A DNA stretch of 64,000 bases. Source: Eledone cirrhosa (lineage: Eukaryota). The stretch's first letter is position 1; the number at the start of each line of letters is the position of its first letter. The translations under genes and the position numbers were made by a program. The notes under the pieces are model-generated. The model saw nothing but the letters and a program-made list of their open reading frames with translations. It did no database searches and was not told the origin of the DNA. The stretch is from assembly GCA_964016885.1 (NCBI GenBank), contig OZ024741.1, positions 79,484,001-79,548,000 on the forward strand. The letters are read 5' to 3'. Below are positions 26,509-39,325 of this stretch, piece by piece.

Positions 26509-26544
26509 CTTTTGAAAATCATGAAACTTGTGAAACCAGTAAAG
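26509..26544 (+). ncRNA. Degenerate minimal hammerhead, U3:A8 variant, in a Penelope-type 3' end
   Basis: CTT-TTGAAAA-TCATGAAACTTGT-GAAA-CCAGTA-AAG; paralogous to 30584-30627. Confidence 0.45.
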
Positions 26545-26620
26545 CTATAAGTTATTGAAAATAAAAGGGTCTTAAGGACTCCAATTGCATTTTCAACTTC
26601 TTTATATATGTATATATATA

Positions 26621-29128
26621 TCATCATCATCATCATCATCAACGTTTAACGTCCATGTTCCACGCTTGCATGGGTTTGGACGGGGGTAGTCCCACTTGAG
26701 GCAAGAGTGATTGTCTTGCTCGCATAGGACTGTTTGGCAGGTTTTCTACAGTTGGATGCCCTTCCTAACACCAACCACATTTACAGTGTGGGGCTGGGAG
26801 GTTTTTACCGTGTTGCCTACACGGCCACATTACAGCATGGACTGTGTGTTTTTTTGTCGTGACACCTACACGATCTCATTTGTTTCGGCCTGGATGGTGT
26901 GGCACCAACATAACTTTACATAGAACGGGGTGGTGTGGATGGGGTGGGGGTGGTGGGACGGGGGGGGGGGTGTATTTTGTTAGAGATGCCTACTGGCTGT
27001 AGTAGGTTTTACTATGTATTTAGGTAAGGCGGGTCTTCTCTGTTACTGAGTACCGCCAAAGGTCTCGGTCCAGTGACATTGTCTTGGAGAGGTGTAAGTG
27101 TGTGAGGTCGGAGTTTATCAGCTCGTCCCAGGTTTTTCTAGGTCTGCCTATTCCGTGGCTACCGTCTATCTTTATTGCCCTGCACTTTGTTATACAGCTA
27201 TCGACTTTCATGCGCATCACGTGTCCATACCAACGTAGCCGTCTCTCGAGTAAACAACATCTGATCCCTCTTATTTCTAATTTTTTCCTTAGTTCGTTTA
27301 TGCTTTGCCGTTCACGTATATTACTGTTACACATCCAGCGGAGCATGCAAGCTTCGTTCCTCTCTAGTCTACGTATATCCTCTGCACACAATGCCCAGGT
27401 CTCACTGCCATGCAACATTGCTGTTCGTATGCAGGCATCGTACAACCTGCCTTTCATTTTTAGGGAGAACCCTTTAGCAGCTAATAGTGGTATAAGCTCT
27501 CTGAACTTTTTCCAACCAGTTCTGACTCTAGCTACTGTACTTTCAGAGCACCCTCCCCCACTGCTGATTTTATCACCCAGGTAACGGAAACTGTCCACTA
27601 TTTCTATAGAACCCTCTGCGCAATTGAAAGAGCTAGTATTTTGTGGGCACTTGCTGCTACTTATTGCACCAGAGCACCGGCCACATGTAAAATCTATGTT
27701 CTTAGTTAGCTTACCTGTGATCCCACTACATCTTTTATGCACCCATACTTTGCATTTAGGACATAAAATGGAGTTTCTACCTATGCCTTTCCTACACACC
27801 GAGCACGACCATTTCCCAGAAGGGACCGCCGCCTTATTTTCTTTCCTACAAACTAGAACTTTAGTCTTAGCCAGGTTAATTTTAAGGCCTTTTGATTCTA
27901 GGCCATGTTTGGAATTTTTTCTCTAGCTCGGCCATTGATTCCGCTATGAGTGTCAGGTCGTCTGCGTATAGGAGTTCCCATGGGCAGCCGGTCTTGAACT
28001 CCTCTGTTATAGCCTGAAGGGCAATAATAAATAGTAGGGGGCTGAGAACAGAGCCCTGATGGACACCAACTTTTACGCTAAACTCTTCACTATATTCGTT
28101 GTTAATTCTAACCTTGCTGACTGTTTCTTTATACATGGCTTGTATAGCTCTCACAAGCCATTCGTCAACGCCTAGTTTTCTCAGAGCCCACCAGATAATG
28201 GAGCGGGGGACTCTGTCGAAGGCTTTCTCCAAGTCGACAAAAGCTAAGTAGAGGGGTTTACCTTTAGCTAGGTACTTCTCCTGTAGTTGTCGTACAATGA
28301 AAAGAGCGTCTGTGGTACTTTTGCCTGACACAAACCCGAACTGCATTTCATCTAGGTCAATTCTCTCTCTGATTAGTTGTGCTATTACTTTTTCCGTGAC
28401 CTTCATGACCTGGTCGATTAATTTAATGCCTCTATAGTTACTCCTATCTAGGGCGTCTCCTTTACCCTTATAACAGTTAACGATGATGCTGCTATGCCAG
28501 TCCTTCGGAACAACCCCATTCTGTACGACTTGGTTAACTATGCGGGTGACCATGGTGTGTCCCACCGTGCCAGATGCCTTCAGCATCTCAGCAACTATTT
28601 CCGAAGGCCCAGCCGCCTTACCCGTCTTCATATCCTTGATTGCCTTACTTATTATACTCCCCTCGACTAACACTGCTGGTCCCTCTATTGGGTCGATATG
28701 GGGGAGACTGTCTTTCTCCCATTTATTCTCCTCATTTAGTAGCCTTTCATAGTGACACTTCCAAGCTACCTTCTTATCAGCGTCGGTGATGGCAAGTGTG
28801 CCATCATCGTTTAGTACACACTTCTCCCCGACAATATCACGGTTTTCCTTGACGCATTGCCTAGCAATCCTGAACACCTCACGTTTTTGGTCATCGCGTT
28901 GTAGAACATGCTTGAACTTTCTTTCCTCAGCTTCCCTTCTTGCTAAGTACACTTGTCTCCTAGCTTCCCTCCTGGCCACTTGATAGTCTTCTCTACTTCC
29001 CCCATCCCGCCATACTTTCCAAGCCTGCTTTTTGGCCTTAATTGACTCCTCCACCTTACTGTTCCACCACCATGTTACTCTCCTCCTGCCTACAGGCCTG
29101 CTCCAGCCACAGACTTCGTCTGTCGCTA
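26621..29128 (-). mobile_element. RTE LINE family A, 5'-truncated, one frameshift
   Basis: ORFs 29054-27882 and 27799-27020; a small deletion near 27905 shifts the frame; (GAT)n tail. Confidence 0.97.
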
Positions 29129-29138
29129 TATATATATA

Positions 29139-29683
29139 TAAAATAATTAAGTCAAATAGGTAAAATTTGGCTTCGTTTATTATAAATTATAGATATACTG
29201 CTATATATATTTTGGTGACAGCCATCATTGGCTGTGACCTCTTCAGGCAGTCCGAATTGGTGTGGTAGAGACAGGTATACATGTTGTTGAAGTGTGTTTT
29301 ACTTCGTCAATACTCCGGTATGTCCAGCTCCTGGTTGCGTTGTTATTTCTCTGACGATATGATTCCAGTTCCTCAGAGAAATAACAATGCAACCAGGAGC
29401 TGGACATATCGGAGTATTGACGGAGTAAAACACACTTCAACAACATGTGTACCTGTCTCTACCACACCAATTCGGACTGCCTGAAGAGGTCACAGACAAT
29501 GATGGCTGTCAATGAAATATATATAGCAGTATATCTATAATTTATAATAAACGAAGCCAAATTTTACCTATTTGACTTAATTATTTTACATTACTCCGGA
29601 GTAAACAAACCAGCATGCATACTTCGTTGAGTGCTCCAATCTGCATACTGAGGTGTCGGTAAACAACCAACATATACTCAAAA
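29139..29683. mobile_element. Penelope terminal fold-back element (family F4), arms of about 215 bp
   Basis: Arms 29139-29354 and 29373-29589, a 95-bp unpaired 3' extension, (TA)n flanks; paralogue at 35611-36068. Confidence 0.85.
29476..29530 (+). ncRNA. Minimal type-I hammerhead ribozyme
   Basis: ACTGC-CTGAAGA-GGTCACAGACA-ATGA-TGGCTGTCAAT-GAAA-TATATATA-GCAGT. Confidence 0.75.
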
Positions 29684-29704
29684 TATATATATATATATAT
29701 GAAT

Positions 29705-30672
29705 AAGGTACAATATATAAATTTTAATCAGGACAAACTTTTGTTCTAAAAAATCATTTCATGTGTTCATCAAAAATTGAATTCATGCCATTAAATGTAA
29801 AGGATGTAATGAAGATTATATAAGGCAAATTAGACTCACACTCAGAAACAGAATGTCAATTCATTGCCAACAATTATGAGACCCCCAGATACCACTCAGT
29901 GAATATATAGACTTATGTGCAAACAATAAGACCCCCCCCCCCCCCGATTCCAAGTAATCCCACTTTATCTTTGCCCAGACAGTACCACAGACCAAACATG
30001 AATACATACAGAAAATATCTTTATTCGAAAATATAAACCGCAGCTAAATATACTTTAATATCTTAATATGCTCGCCATTCACACACACACATAAGATACT
30101 TCTCCATTTTACCAATGGAATCAATTTTTTGCTTACACACACATGCACAAATACAAATATTTTTGTTTTCCAACAACTACTCTACACAAACACACATTCT
30201 TACTACCTTGCCATCACCATCACTATCATCATCATCATGGGACACAGGCATATAAACCTTTGTACATTCAATTATTTGTGAATCTACTACACTGAACTCC
30301 ATTTCTTTTTCATTTCTCTCATTTTCTGACCATCTATTTTTGGTGAAAAAATTATTATGCCCAATCACGTGACTCACCAACAAATAAAATGATACATAAC
30401 AATTTTGAGCCACTTTTTCTGGTGCAAAAATTACTGTAACTAATCACGTGGCTGTCATCAACCAAATTAGATTTTAAACAGATAGTAATATGGACCACTC
30501 TTTTGTATAAAACAGAAAGGATTTTCAAATTCCAATTAGATGCGAGACACTCCACAACAGAAACACAAACCCTTCATCTCAATTTTACTTTTGAAAATCA
30601 TAAGAACTGTGAAACCAGTAAAGTAAATTAATATTCTTAAAGGACTCCAGTTGCATTTTCAATTTCTTTTTC
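29705..30672 (+). mobile_element. Degenerate Penelope GIY-YIG end and 3' UTR
   Basis: AIKCKGCNEDYI..LRNRMSIH; overlaps in homology with 25695-25797; 3' end similar to 26230-26603. Confidence 0.7.
30584..30627 (+). ncRNA. Minimal hammerhead, U3:A8 variant
   Basis: TTTACTT-TTGAAAA-TCATAAGAACTGT-GAAA-CCAGTA-AAGTAAA: 7-bp stem I, weak stems II and III. Confidence 0.55.
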
Positions 30673-31297
30673 TTATATCATCATCATCATCATCAACGTT
30701 TAACGTCTATCTTCCACGCTAGCATGGGTTTATATATGTATATATATGAAGTAATTCCTATATATATATATATATATGAAGTAATATATATATATATAAA
30801 TGTGGTCATGTAGGTGTCACGACAAAAAAAAAAAAGAAAGAGGAAAGGAGAAAAGAAAAAAGAAAAGAAAGAGAAGGGAAAAAAAGAAGCACAGGGAAAA
30901 GGGAAAAAGAAAAGGGAGGGAAAAAAGAAACAAAAAACAAAACAAAACAACACAGTCCATACTGTAGGTAACGCGGTAAAAGGCTCCCAGTCCACACTGT
31001 AAATGTGGTTGGTGTTAGGAAGGGCATCCAACCATAGAAAACCTGCCAGATAGTCCTATACGAGCGAGACACAGTCACCCGACTAATCTTGCCTTAAGTG
31101 GGACAACTCCCGTCTAACTCATGCTAGCGTGGAAGATAGATGTTAAATGATGATGATGATGACGATATATATGTGTATGTGTGTGTGTATATATACAGGA
31201 AAAGAGTCAGGACGCCGACGTCTGAGCTCCAGCCGTTTTGACAGCTAGATTCGAACTGGTCCACCCGGTCCACTTGGTATCTTACCACACCTTCTTT

Positions 31298-31347
<50 letters not shown>

Positions 31348-31629
31348 AACCCTTACAAGCAGGGAAAAGCGTACGTAAAATGATGATTAGAAAAAGAATA
31401 ATTTTTGTTAACATGTATAAGATATTTATTGTGTATCGACATGTTACGTGTGCCCCTCGTAGATGACTAGCCCAAGATCACCCATAGGAGCCATGGACCT
31501 GACTCCATCATTGATTCCCCCCTTCCCCAGATTGGCAATATGATGAAAAATATAGTGTTTGTTGTGGGTGGTGAGATGATGGGTGTATATATAAGCATTG
31601 GGCCTATTTTTGTGTGTGGGCGTATGTAG

Positions 31630-31669
<40 letters not shown>

Positions 31670-31849
31670 AGCCCTTTACGTTGTGAGTTCAAATTCCCAC
31701 GCAGTTAGCTTTGCCTTTCATCCTTACGGGGTCGATAAAATATAGTACCAGTAACAAAGTGAGGTCAATTTAATCAACTTTCCCCTCCCCAAAAATGTTG
31801 GCCTTGTACCTAAAGTGGAAACCATTATTATTATTCTTTTTTTTTTTTC

Positions 31850-32915
31850 ATTTATCTTGCTTTATGTTCATACGAGTTATCACCAAGTCACAACCAGTGA
31901 CCTCAAGAGTCAACAAGGTCCGCCATGTTCAAGAAAAGAACACACATACACACACATGTATCTTTAGGTGTTTAGACTTGTGATGTACTTATATTGACAG
32001 AATCTTTCTTAGTATATGGGCAGTTCCCATTAGTACTATCTTTTGTATTTCTTCTATATGCGGTTTTCCTGGGATTTGGGATAAGTAATCATTAGACCCC
32101 TTCCATATCATTCCTAGAGCGCCTACAACCACTGGTATTGTTTTAGTTCTCAACTTCCACATTTTTCCAATCTCTATCTCTAGGTCTTTATATTTGCTCA
32201 ATTTTTCAAATGTTTTTATAGATACATTCTTGTCTATTGGAACGGACATATCAATTAGCAGGCATACCCTCTTTTTAAAGTCCTTCAGGTCTGTTTGCAT
32301 CTATTTTTTGGTCTGTTTGGATGCTAAAGTTCCACAAAATTGAGATGTGATCCTTTTCAAGTATGGGAGGTGGTTGATGCTCTCACCAATTCTTTTGATG
32401 GGGCAGGTCAAAATGCTTACACATTATCCAATGTATGTATTGTTCGTGCCTGTTTAGGTATTCGGTTGGAGCTATAGGACTGCACATTGAAATTATATGG
32501 TCAATGGTCTCTGGTTGTTTTTTACATACACGGCATAATGGGTTGCATCCATATCTTTATTATGTTGACTTGATAATTTTTTGTTGGCAGACACTGATCT
32601 TGTGCTGATATAATCAGTCCTTCAGTCTCTGATTTCAGTCCAGAGGATGCCAACCACTGATAGGTTAAAGTTTTGTCAACATCAGGATGGTTAACTCTTT
32701 CTGGGTATTTTCCATACAAAAGCTTTTCTTGCCATTTCTTAGCCAGTTTCTGTAGCAATTCTTTCTTTTTACCTGCTTTGCTTTTTCTGTGTTTTTCATT
32801 TCAGCATTAAATGGAACTTCTGAAATGTGTAGTCCATTACTGTATCTTTGTGCATCTTTTGTAATGGAGTGTGATCTTTTGATGCTTTCATGTTTCAAAA
32901 CGATTTTGATCATCT
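31850..32915 (-). mobile_element. R4/Dong-like LINE 3' part (CCHC + restriction-like endonuclease), degenerate
   Basis: GLKSETEGLIISAQDQ, CRMC..ETIDHIIS, ILWNF, CLLIDMSVP, EKLSKYKDL, IPVVVGALG. Confidence 0.88.
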
Positions 32916-32931
32916 AATTATTATTATTATT

Positions 32932-33843
32932 GGACTGGAATGTCTTCAGGCGTTCACGGCCCTCGACCAGTCGGGCAATGTGATCGGTGGAAACTCCACC
33001 TTGGCGTTCTATAAAGGATTAGTGGAGGGGAAGAGCGACGACATACTTGGGGAAACTCTAGGCGTCGATGAAAATCAATTAGCCAATCTCTTCAGAAGAA
33101 CTTTTGGGCCGGGGCCTATGGACAATTTCCAGAAATCCCTGGCCTGGCAGTGCTACCGAGGAGTAGAGAATAAACTCTACAGGCACGGAAGTGCCGTCAG
33201 CCGGGCATGTCCGAGATGCACGCAGGGCGACGAAACCGTCCTACATGCACTCGTCCAGTGTCCGAGCATTGCTGACTTGTGGGTTTATGTCGAACACCTG
33301 CTGTCGCATGTAGAACGGGTCTGGCTATCAGCTGAGTCCATCATGAGGATTGCCCCGCCCTCTTCCTTTAGCCGGGAAGGGCAGGCAGTTTTTATTTGTC
33401 TGGTGGCCATGGCGAAAGAGATAGTATGGTGGACACGTTTGAAAGGGCTGAAGACGAGCACTTACCTCTTCGGTGATGCCCTGATTAACTTTTTCAAATT
33501 TCATTTGAAAAGGAAAATCAGGGTAGAGAGGAAAGTGCTCTCTTCCCAGCATTTTGTTGAAAGATGGGTGAGAGAAATGGCCCGAGTGAATGGACTACTC
33601 TGAGTATATGCCTGTAAATTGAAGGTGGAAAACTGGCAGAGGGAACTTTGCCCGATGGCCCTCGGAAGTCTCTCCGCCTATTGGGGAATTTTTCATTGTT
33701 CTTTTTTTTGTTACATCCTCTGTTTTTTGTTTTTTTACATGCAGAAATGCCCATTTGTACCGTCCTCTACTGTCCTTAATATCTACTTTGTGTAACCCTT
33801 GTGGTTAATACAGAAAGCATTATTATTATTATTATTATTATTA
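32932..33843 (+). mobile_element. L1/Tx1-clade LINE 3' end
   Basis: CPRC..ETVLHALVQCP CCHC finger, IVWWTR and F.ERW C-terminus; (ATT)n on both sides. Confidence 0.8.
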
Positions 33844-35419
33844 TATAACCGACCAGGGATATGCAAACCACATTTTAGTCAGTCAGCTGTGATGCAGATA
33901 AAATGAAGCGCTCAATGACATGTATAAATGGTACAAGCCGGAGTATTATATAGTATTACATAGATGGGAATCCATATACAGTTGTATTTAGGTTTATTTT
34001 TATCTCCATTCGCTGAAGTTCATGGCTAGGTAAGTTTTCTTCCTACCCATTCCACTGGCCTGAGCTTTTTAGATGGAATAAAAATCTTTAAACAATTTCA
34101 CACAACATAAAAATCTTTTTAAATTCTTCCAAAAAATTCCAAAATTCCCTTGAAAAATTTTTTTTCCTTTTTATTATACAAGGGACTGGTGGAATGTGTT
34201 GATCTTGTTTCTATGCCAGCTGCCCCCTGTATGACCCCTAGCTCTGGGGCGGAAGTATGGGTCTGCGTCTGCTCCCTCCCTGTCTTACATCATTTTTGCT
34301 GGATGTCAAAAATAGGAACTAATTTTTCAGGTAACCCACCTCCCCCTCCACCCTGTCATGCAGTGGTTGTTATAGTAGTAGTACAGATATCTCTTCGTGC
34401 CCCAGTGGTCAACTTCGTCCACAAAACTTCCATATCATTTATGTTATATGAGGGAGGAGGAGATAGCTGTGAAAAAGGGGGTTGGAATATTATAACAAAA
34501 AACAAGATATAAACATAAAATATAGTAAATTGAATGTATAGACATAATGCTAAAGTTTAACAAAAAAATGTAGTATATAGTCATTATGGAGTTAAAGTTT
34601 AACTGGACTATAAAGTGCTATAATGTGTAAGTGCCCTTTTCCATCTCTAGTTCCATGCTTAACTATAGCTTAATGGAGTTCATCCAAATGTCTACTTTCC
34701 CAGCCTAGGGAATTCACGCACGCAATGAGCAGAGTGTCAGAGTTGAATCTTTTGAATGTCCAGGGTGAGGTGCAGACAGCTTGTAATAGGCAGTAGTGAA
34801 ACTAATCAATTTGTATATATCTAACCAATGCTAGCATGGAAGAACGGACGTAAAACGGTGATGATGATGATGATATATATATAAAGGGTAAAGACCCCCT
34901 TCAGTCACGAATGACCATGGGATTTGCACCTAGAGGCACAATTCCGGGCATTATTGTGTAAAAGTCACCCATAATTCTTCATGGACAACATATCAACATT
35001 TTATATCAATATTAAAATGCCAAAATAATACTTTCTACACTATTGTGTTGTGATGTACACATGTGGGATTATTCATAAAAGTTATGTTGCTTTATTTTGT
35101 GTGTTGATCAATAGAAATATTGGTGTTATTACTATCATTCATTGTTTTTAATTTTTTATTCATTTAAAGTTTAGCTCCTTGAAATTAATATCCATATAAA
35201 AGTCAACCCTATAAATTTAACCTTTAAAAGGGTCTAAAATATTTGATTTTTACATTAATATATACCATATATCATCATCATCCCTGTTTAACATTTATTT
35301 TCCATGCTTGCATGTCTCTCTCTTAATATATATATATATATTTAAATAATTTTAAAAGCCATACAATGTATTAAAAAATTAAAGGTAACGATAGAATTTT
35401 ACCTTAGCAAATTTAATTA

Positions 35420-35459
35420 TCCCAAATATTTTCGGGTTTAAAAACCCATTATCAAGGGA
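35420..35459 (-). ncRNA. Minimal hammerhead, U3:A8 variant, inside a small fold-back (35343-35509)
   Basis: Reverse complement: TCCC-TTGATAA-TGGGTTT-TT-AAACCC-GAAA-ATATTT-GGGA. Confidence 0.65.
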
Positions 35460-35566
35460 GTATCCCCATGATGGTCTTAAAGGACCAGTGTGGCTTTTAA
35501 AATTATTTACATTTATATTTCCTATTCAACAATGCTTCAAGCAAACTACAACACTCTCATACACAG

Positions 35567-35610
<44 letters not shown>

Positions 35611-35616
<6 letters not shown>

Positions 35617-36068
35617 AAATAAATAAGTCAAATATTTAAAATTTGGCTTCGTTTATTACTGCTATATATATTTCGCTGACAGCCATCATTGGCTGTGACC
35701 TCTTCAGGCAGTCCGAATTGGTGTGATAGAGATGGGTACACATGTTGTTGAGGTGTTTAACTCCGTCAATACTCCGATATACCCAGTTCCTGGTTGGGTT
35801 GTTATTTCTCTGAGGAACTGGAATTAAACACCTCAACCACATGTGTACCCCTCTCTACCACACCAATTCGGACTGCCTGAAGAGGTCACAGCCAAAGATG
35901 GCTGTCACCAAAATATATATAGCAGTAATAAACGAAGCCAAATTTTAAATATTTGACTTATTTATTTTATTTTACATATCCAGAGTAACCAAACCAACCT
36001 GCGCACTTCGTCGAGTGCTCCAATCTGCATACTGAGGTGTCGGTAAACAACCAACATATACTCAAAAT
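35611..36068. mobile_element. Penelope terminal fold-back element (family F4)
   Basis: Arms about 35611-35760 and 35826-35974, (TA)n flanks; same family as 29139-29683. Confidence 0.85.
35658..35712 (-). ncRNA. Minimal type-I hammerhead ribozyme
   Basis: Reverse complement: ACTGC-CTGAAGA-GGTC-ACAGCCA-ATGA-TGGCTGT-CAGC-GAAA-TATATATA-GCAGT. Confidence 0.8.
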
Positions 36069-36126
36069 TTATATATATATGTATATGTAAATATAACCAT
36101 ACGCACACACGCATATATATATATAT

Positions 36127-36860
36127 AATCATCATCAACACTTAATGTTTGTTTTTCCATGCTAGCATAAGTTGGACAGATTTTTACAAACCAAGTCACC
36201 ACTAAATTAAAGCCACTGTCCTTATTTTGTTTACATATGTTCCAACGCTTTACCGAATGCTCTGGGTGCATTTTATCATGACACCAGCACTAGGAAGGTT
36301 GTGACCGTGTCGCAATGGAGTTCTTTCAGCCTTGTGTTTGGCAAGTTTCCTACTACTGGACGTCCTTCCTAACACCAACCACTTTACAAATGGTACTATG
36401 TGCATTTTTCATGGCACCCAAAAAGGTTGTAGAGTCCTTGGTACATAGCAAAAATGAGTTGGGGTTACTGGAGGTGTGCTGGGCATCTTGTTAAAAATGG
36501 TAAGCAAGTCTTCTCCAGTATTGCATATCACCAATTTTCCCAGTCTTTATATTTCTGTTGGGAATTTCAGCTTCCTACATTATATCTTCACCACTTCATC
36601 CCATGTCTTCCTAAGTCTATCTCTTCCTCGAATCCCATCTACAGGGATTCCTCTGCACTTCTTTACACAGCTGTCATCTTCTATACAGATAACATATCCA
36701 TACTAATATAGTGTTCTCTCTTGCACACTACATTGGATTTCTCTTTTGCTTAGTTTTTCTCTTAGTCCACTTATATTGTATTGTTCATGCACACTAATAT
36801 TACACATCCACCGGAGCATACTTGCTTAATTTTTTTCTAACCATTTATCTTCTGCAACCA
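36127..36860 (-). mobile_element. Old RTE LINE 3' fragment
   Basis: Degenerate MLRWMC..EDDSCVKKC..PRKTW region, RTE 3' UTR motifs and GAT tail. Confidence 0.7.
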
Positions 36861-37739
36861 AGGTTGAATAAAATGCAACATGAGTTGGTATATCTGAAGT
36901 AGCCCAATATATAGCAGTCTCTCACTTAATATGGTCAGTTAACATCTGTAAAATGCTGTGTTAAATGAAATACTGTTATCAAATATAAAATACATATAAA
37001 TTATTGTAATTCAACCAATTATTTTTTTTTATTTTTTTTTTTTTAAATATATTTTAATTTAACTACTATTATATAATTAAAAGAAAGCAAAATGATATAC
37101 TAAACACAAAATTTTAACCTTTTTGTTTTGGCAAAAATCATCTTGTGTAGTTTAAAAACTTGTTTCTCTTTTCTTCATACTTTTTCTGTAGCAGTTCAGT
37201 GTATTATCAATTATTCAGCAGGTGTGTATGCTCCTTTCAAGATTTGGAATCAAAGTCTATATGGTGTTGTTTCAAATATTCAGCAGTGTAAAATATTTTT
37301 AGTAACTGTTGCAAATTTATTTCACTTTCTCCCTAGTTATTGTTTCAATCCTTTCATTACTGTATTTCTTATGAGATACACTGTATTTGAGTTATTTAAT
37401 GAAAAATTGTGCAAGGTTTATTAACATTATTAATTATTTCATTATCAATAAAGTATTTGTAGCATAACTTAACAAAAGGTCCTTATATCTAATTATGTTG
37501 GAAGACTTTAAATTAAATAATTATGTTGGAAGACTAAATAAAATACCTTTGAAAATGGGTAGTTTTGTTTCATAGAACTAGAAACGGTTTTGGGCAGTTT
37601 GATATAAAAAAAAAGGGCTAAAGATAGGCATGCCATTGAGCCAAGTTAATGAGATCACTATTACTCAACTCTTTATGTTGTGAATTTATTAATTCCTACA
37701 CATTTGCTGATTCTACATCACTAAAGTGTAATTCATACC

Positions 37740-38477
37740 CAATGGTGGCAATGCCTTGCTTGCTTTCGTGCAGCCTCCAAACCCCACAGTGGTGCTTGGC
37801 TCCATGCTCTGCCCTCCTTCTCCACTGGCACGCAGTTAAACAACCATAGCCTGCGAATCGGCATTTCCCTGAGGCTCGGCCTCCAGATCTGCCAGCCACA
37901 CCAATGTTGCTGCGGTTCTACCGTGGACTCTTTCGACCTCCACCCACTTTCCTGTCGCCACAGTGCCGGCCGCATTCCACACCATACTGCCCTCAATGAG
38001 GTCATTAAGCATGGCTTGGACGCTGCAGGCTTCCCTTCCCAGCTCGAGCTGGTGGGGCTGGATCGAGGGCACGGCAAAAGGCCAGATGGCATGACCATCT
38101 TCCCGTTCCGCGGGGGAAAACCCCTCGTCTGGGATGCCACTTGCACCGACACTTTCTGCAGCCACAACCTGGTGCAGTCTGCGACTGACCCAGGTTCTGC
38201 TGCACGTCGGGCTGAGGGGGCAAAACTCCTCAAATACCGGTCGCTTTCCGACAGGTTTGCAGTCGTTCCCCTGGCAGTGGAAACTTCTGGTGTCCTCGGC
38301 CCCAGGGCTACCTCCTTACTCACCACCATAGGCGCTGAGCTGGCCAGCCGCAGGTGTGAGCCCCGCGAGTTGGAGTGGCTTTTCCAGCGCATCTCCCTTG
38401 CCGTCCTCCGGGGAAACGCCTTCTTCATTCTGTCCGCCGGGGCTGTGGGTGGGCCCCATCGTGTACCATTACATTAG
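37740..38477 (+). mobile_element. CRE-clade (RLE) non-LTR retrotransposon 3' fragment, GC-rich
   Basis: SGAWLHALP..LRLG..CCCG..D...H.LSC, KRPDG..WDATC, K..KY, VPLAVETSG, FQRISLAVLRGNA: CCHC plus PD-(D/E)xK restriction-like endonuclease. Confidence 0.85.
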
Positions 38478-38707
38478 TTAAATATCATTCTTTCACCTCA
38501 TACATATATATACTGACTTTATAAAAGTGGGTTTCATCACACCAATTATTATATTTTATCTGACATAAATACATACACATACATATACACAGATATATAT
38601 ACTGTGGCTATATCTGACATAACTATTTTCACTGTTATGACACTCAAATATTTTCAACTACATTTTTTATGTTGAATTTCTTCCCAACTTTGATTAATGA
38701 AATTGGA

Positions 38708-39325
38708 TTATCAAAGCATAAATGAATTGAGAGAGAGAGTGAGCATAAGACGAATCAAATACTGTGTGCAGGAGAGGCGGTTGCGTTGGTATGGACATGT
38801 GATGCGTGTGAAGGATGACAGCTGCATAAAAAGGTGCAGAGCACTAGAAGTCAATGGAAACCGCGGAGTGGGGAGACCCAAGAAGACCTGGGATGAGATG
38901 AGGTGATAAAAGCCGACCTTACCCAATTACACCTCTCAAAGGCGATGACACACGACCGTGACCTCTGGCGTCACGCAGTAATATAGAGTACCCGACCTCC
39001 CATGGGTACAAGCTGAAGCATAAAGACAATATGCCCCCACATCCTCCCACTGCAAGGTGGTCATGGAGGTGCCACGGCAAAAATGCACCCAGCCCACACT
39101 GTAAAGTGGACGTGTAGGCGTCACGGAAAAAGCACCTAGCACTCACTGTAAATGAGGTTGGTGTTAGGAAGGGCATCCAGCTGTAGAAATCAAGCCAAAA
39201 TCAGTTCCTGTATGAGCAAGGCATGGTCAGCCGACCAGACACTGCCCACAACAGGACAACCCGTCTAACCCATGCTAGCATGGAAGAACGGATGTAAAAC
39301 GGTGGTGATGATGATGATGATGATG
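38708..39325 (+). mobile_element. RTE LINE family B 3' fragment
   Basis: QERRLRWYGHVMR..GRPKKTW; 3' UTR matches 19901-20500; GAT tail. Confidence 0.92.

Noticed and set aside
29243-29484. Twin 67-aa ORFs on opposite strands
   Set aside because: Consequence of the fold-back inverted repeat.
37733-38428. 231-aa minus-strand ORF
   Set aside because: Antisense shadow of the GC-rich CRE endonuclease frame.
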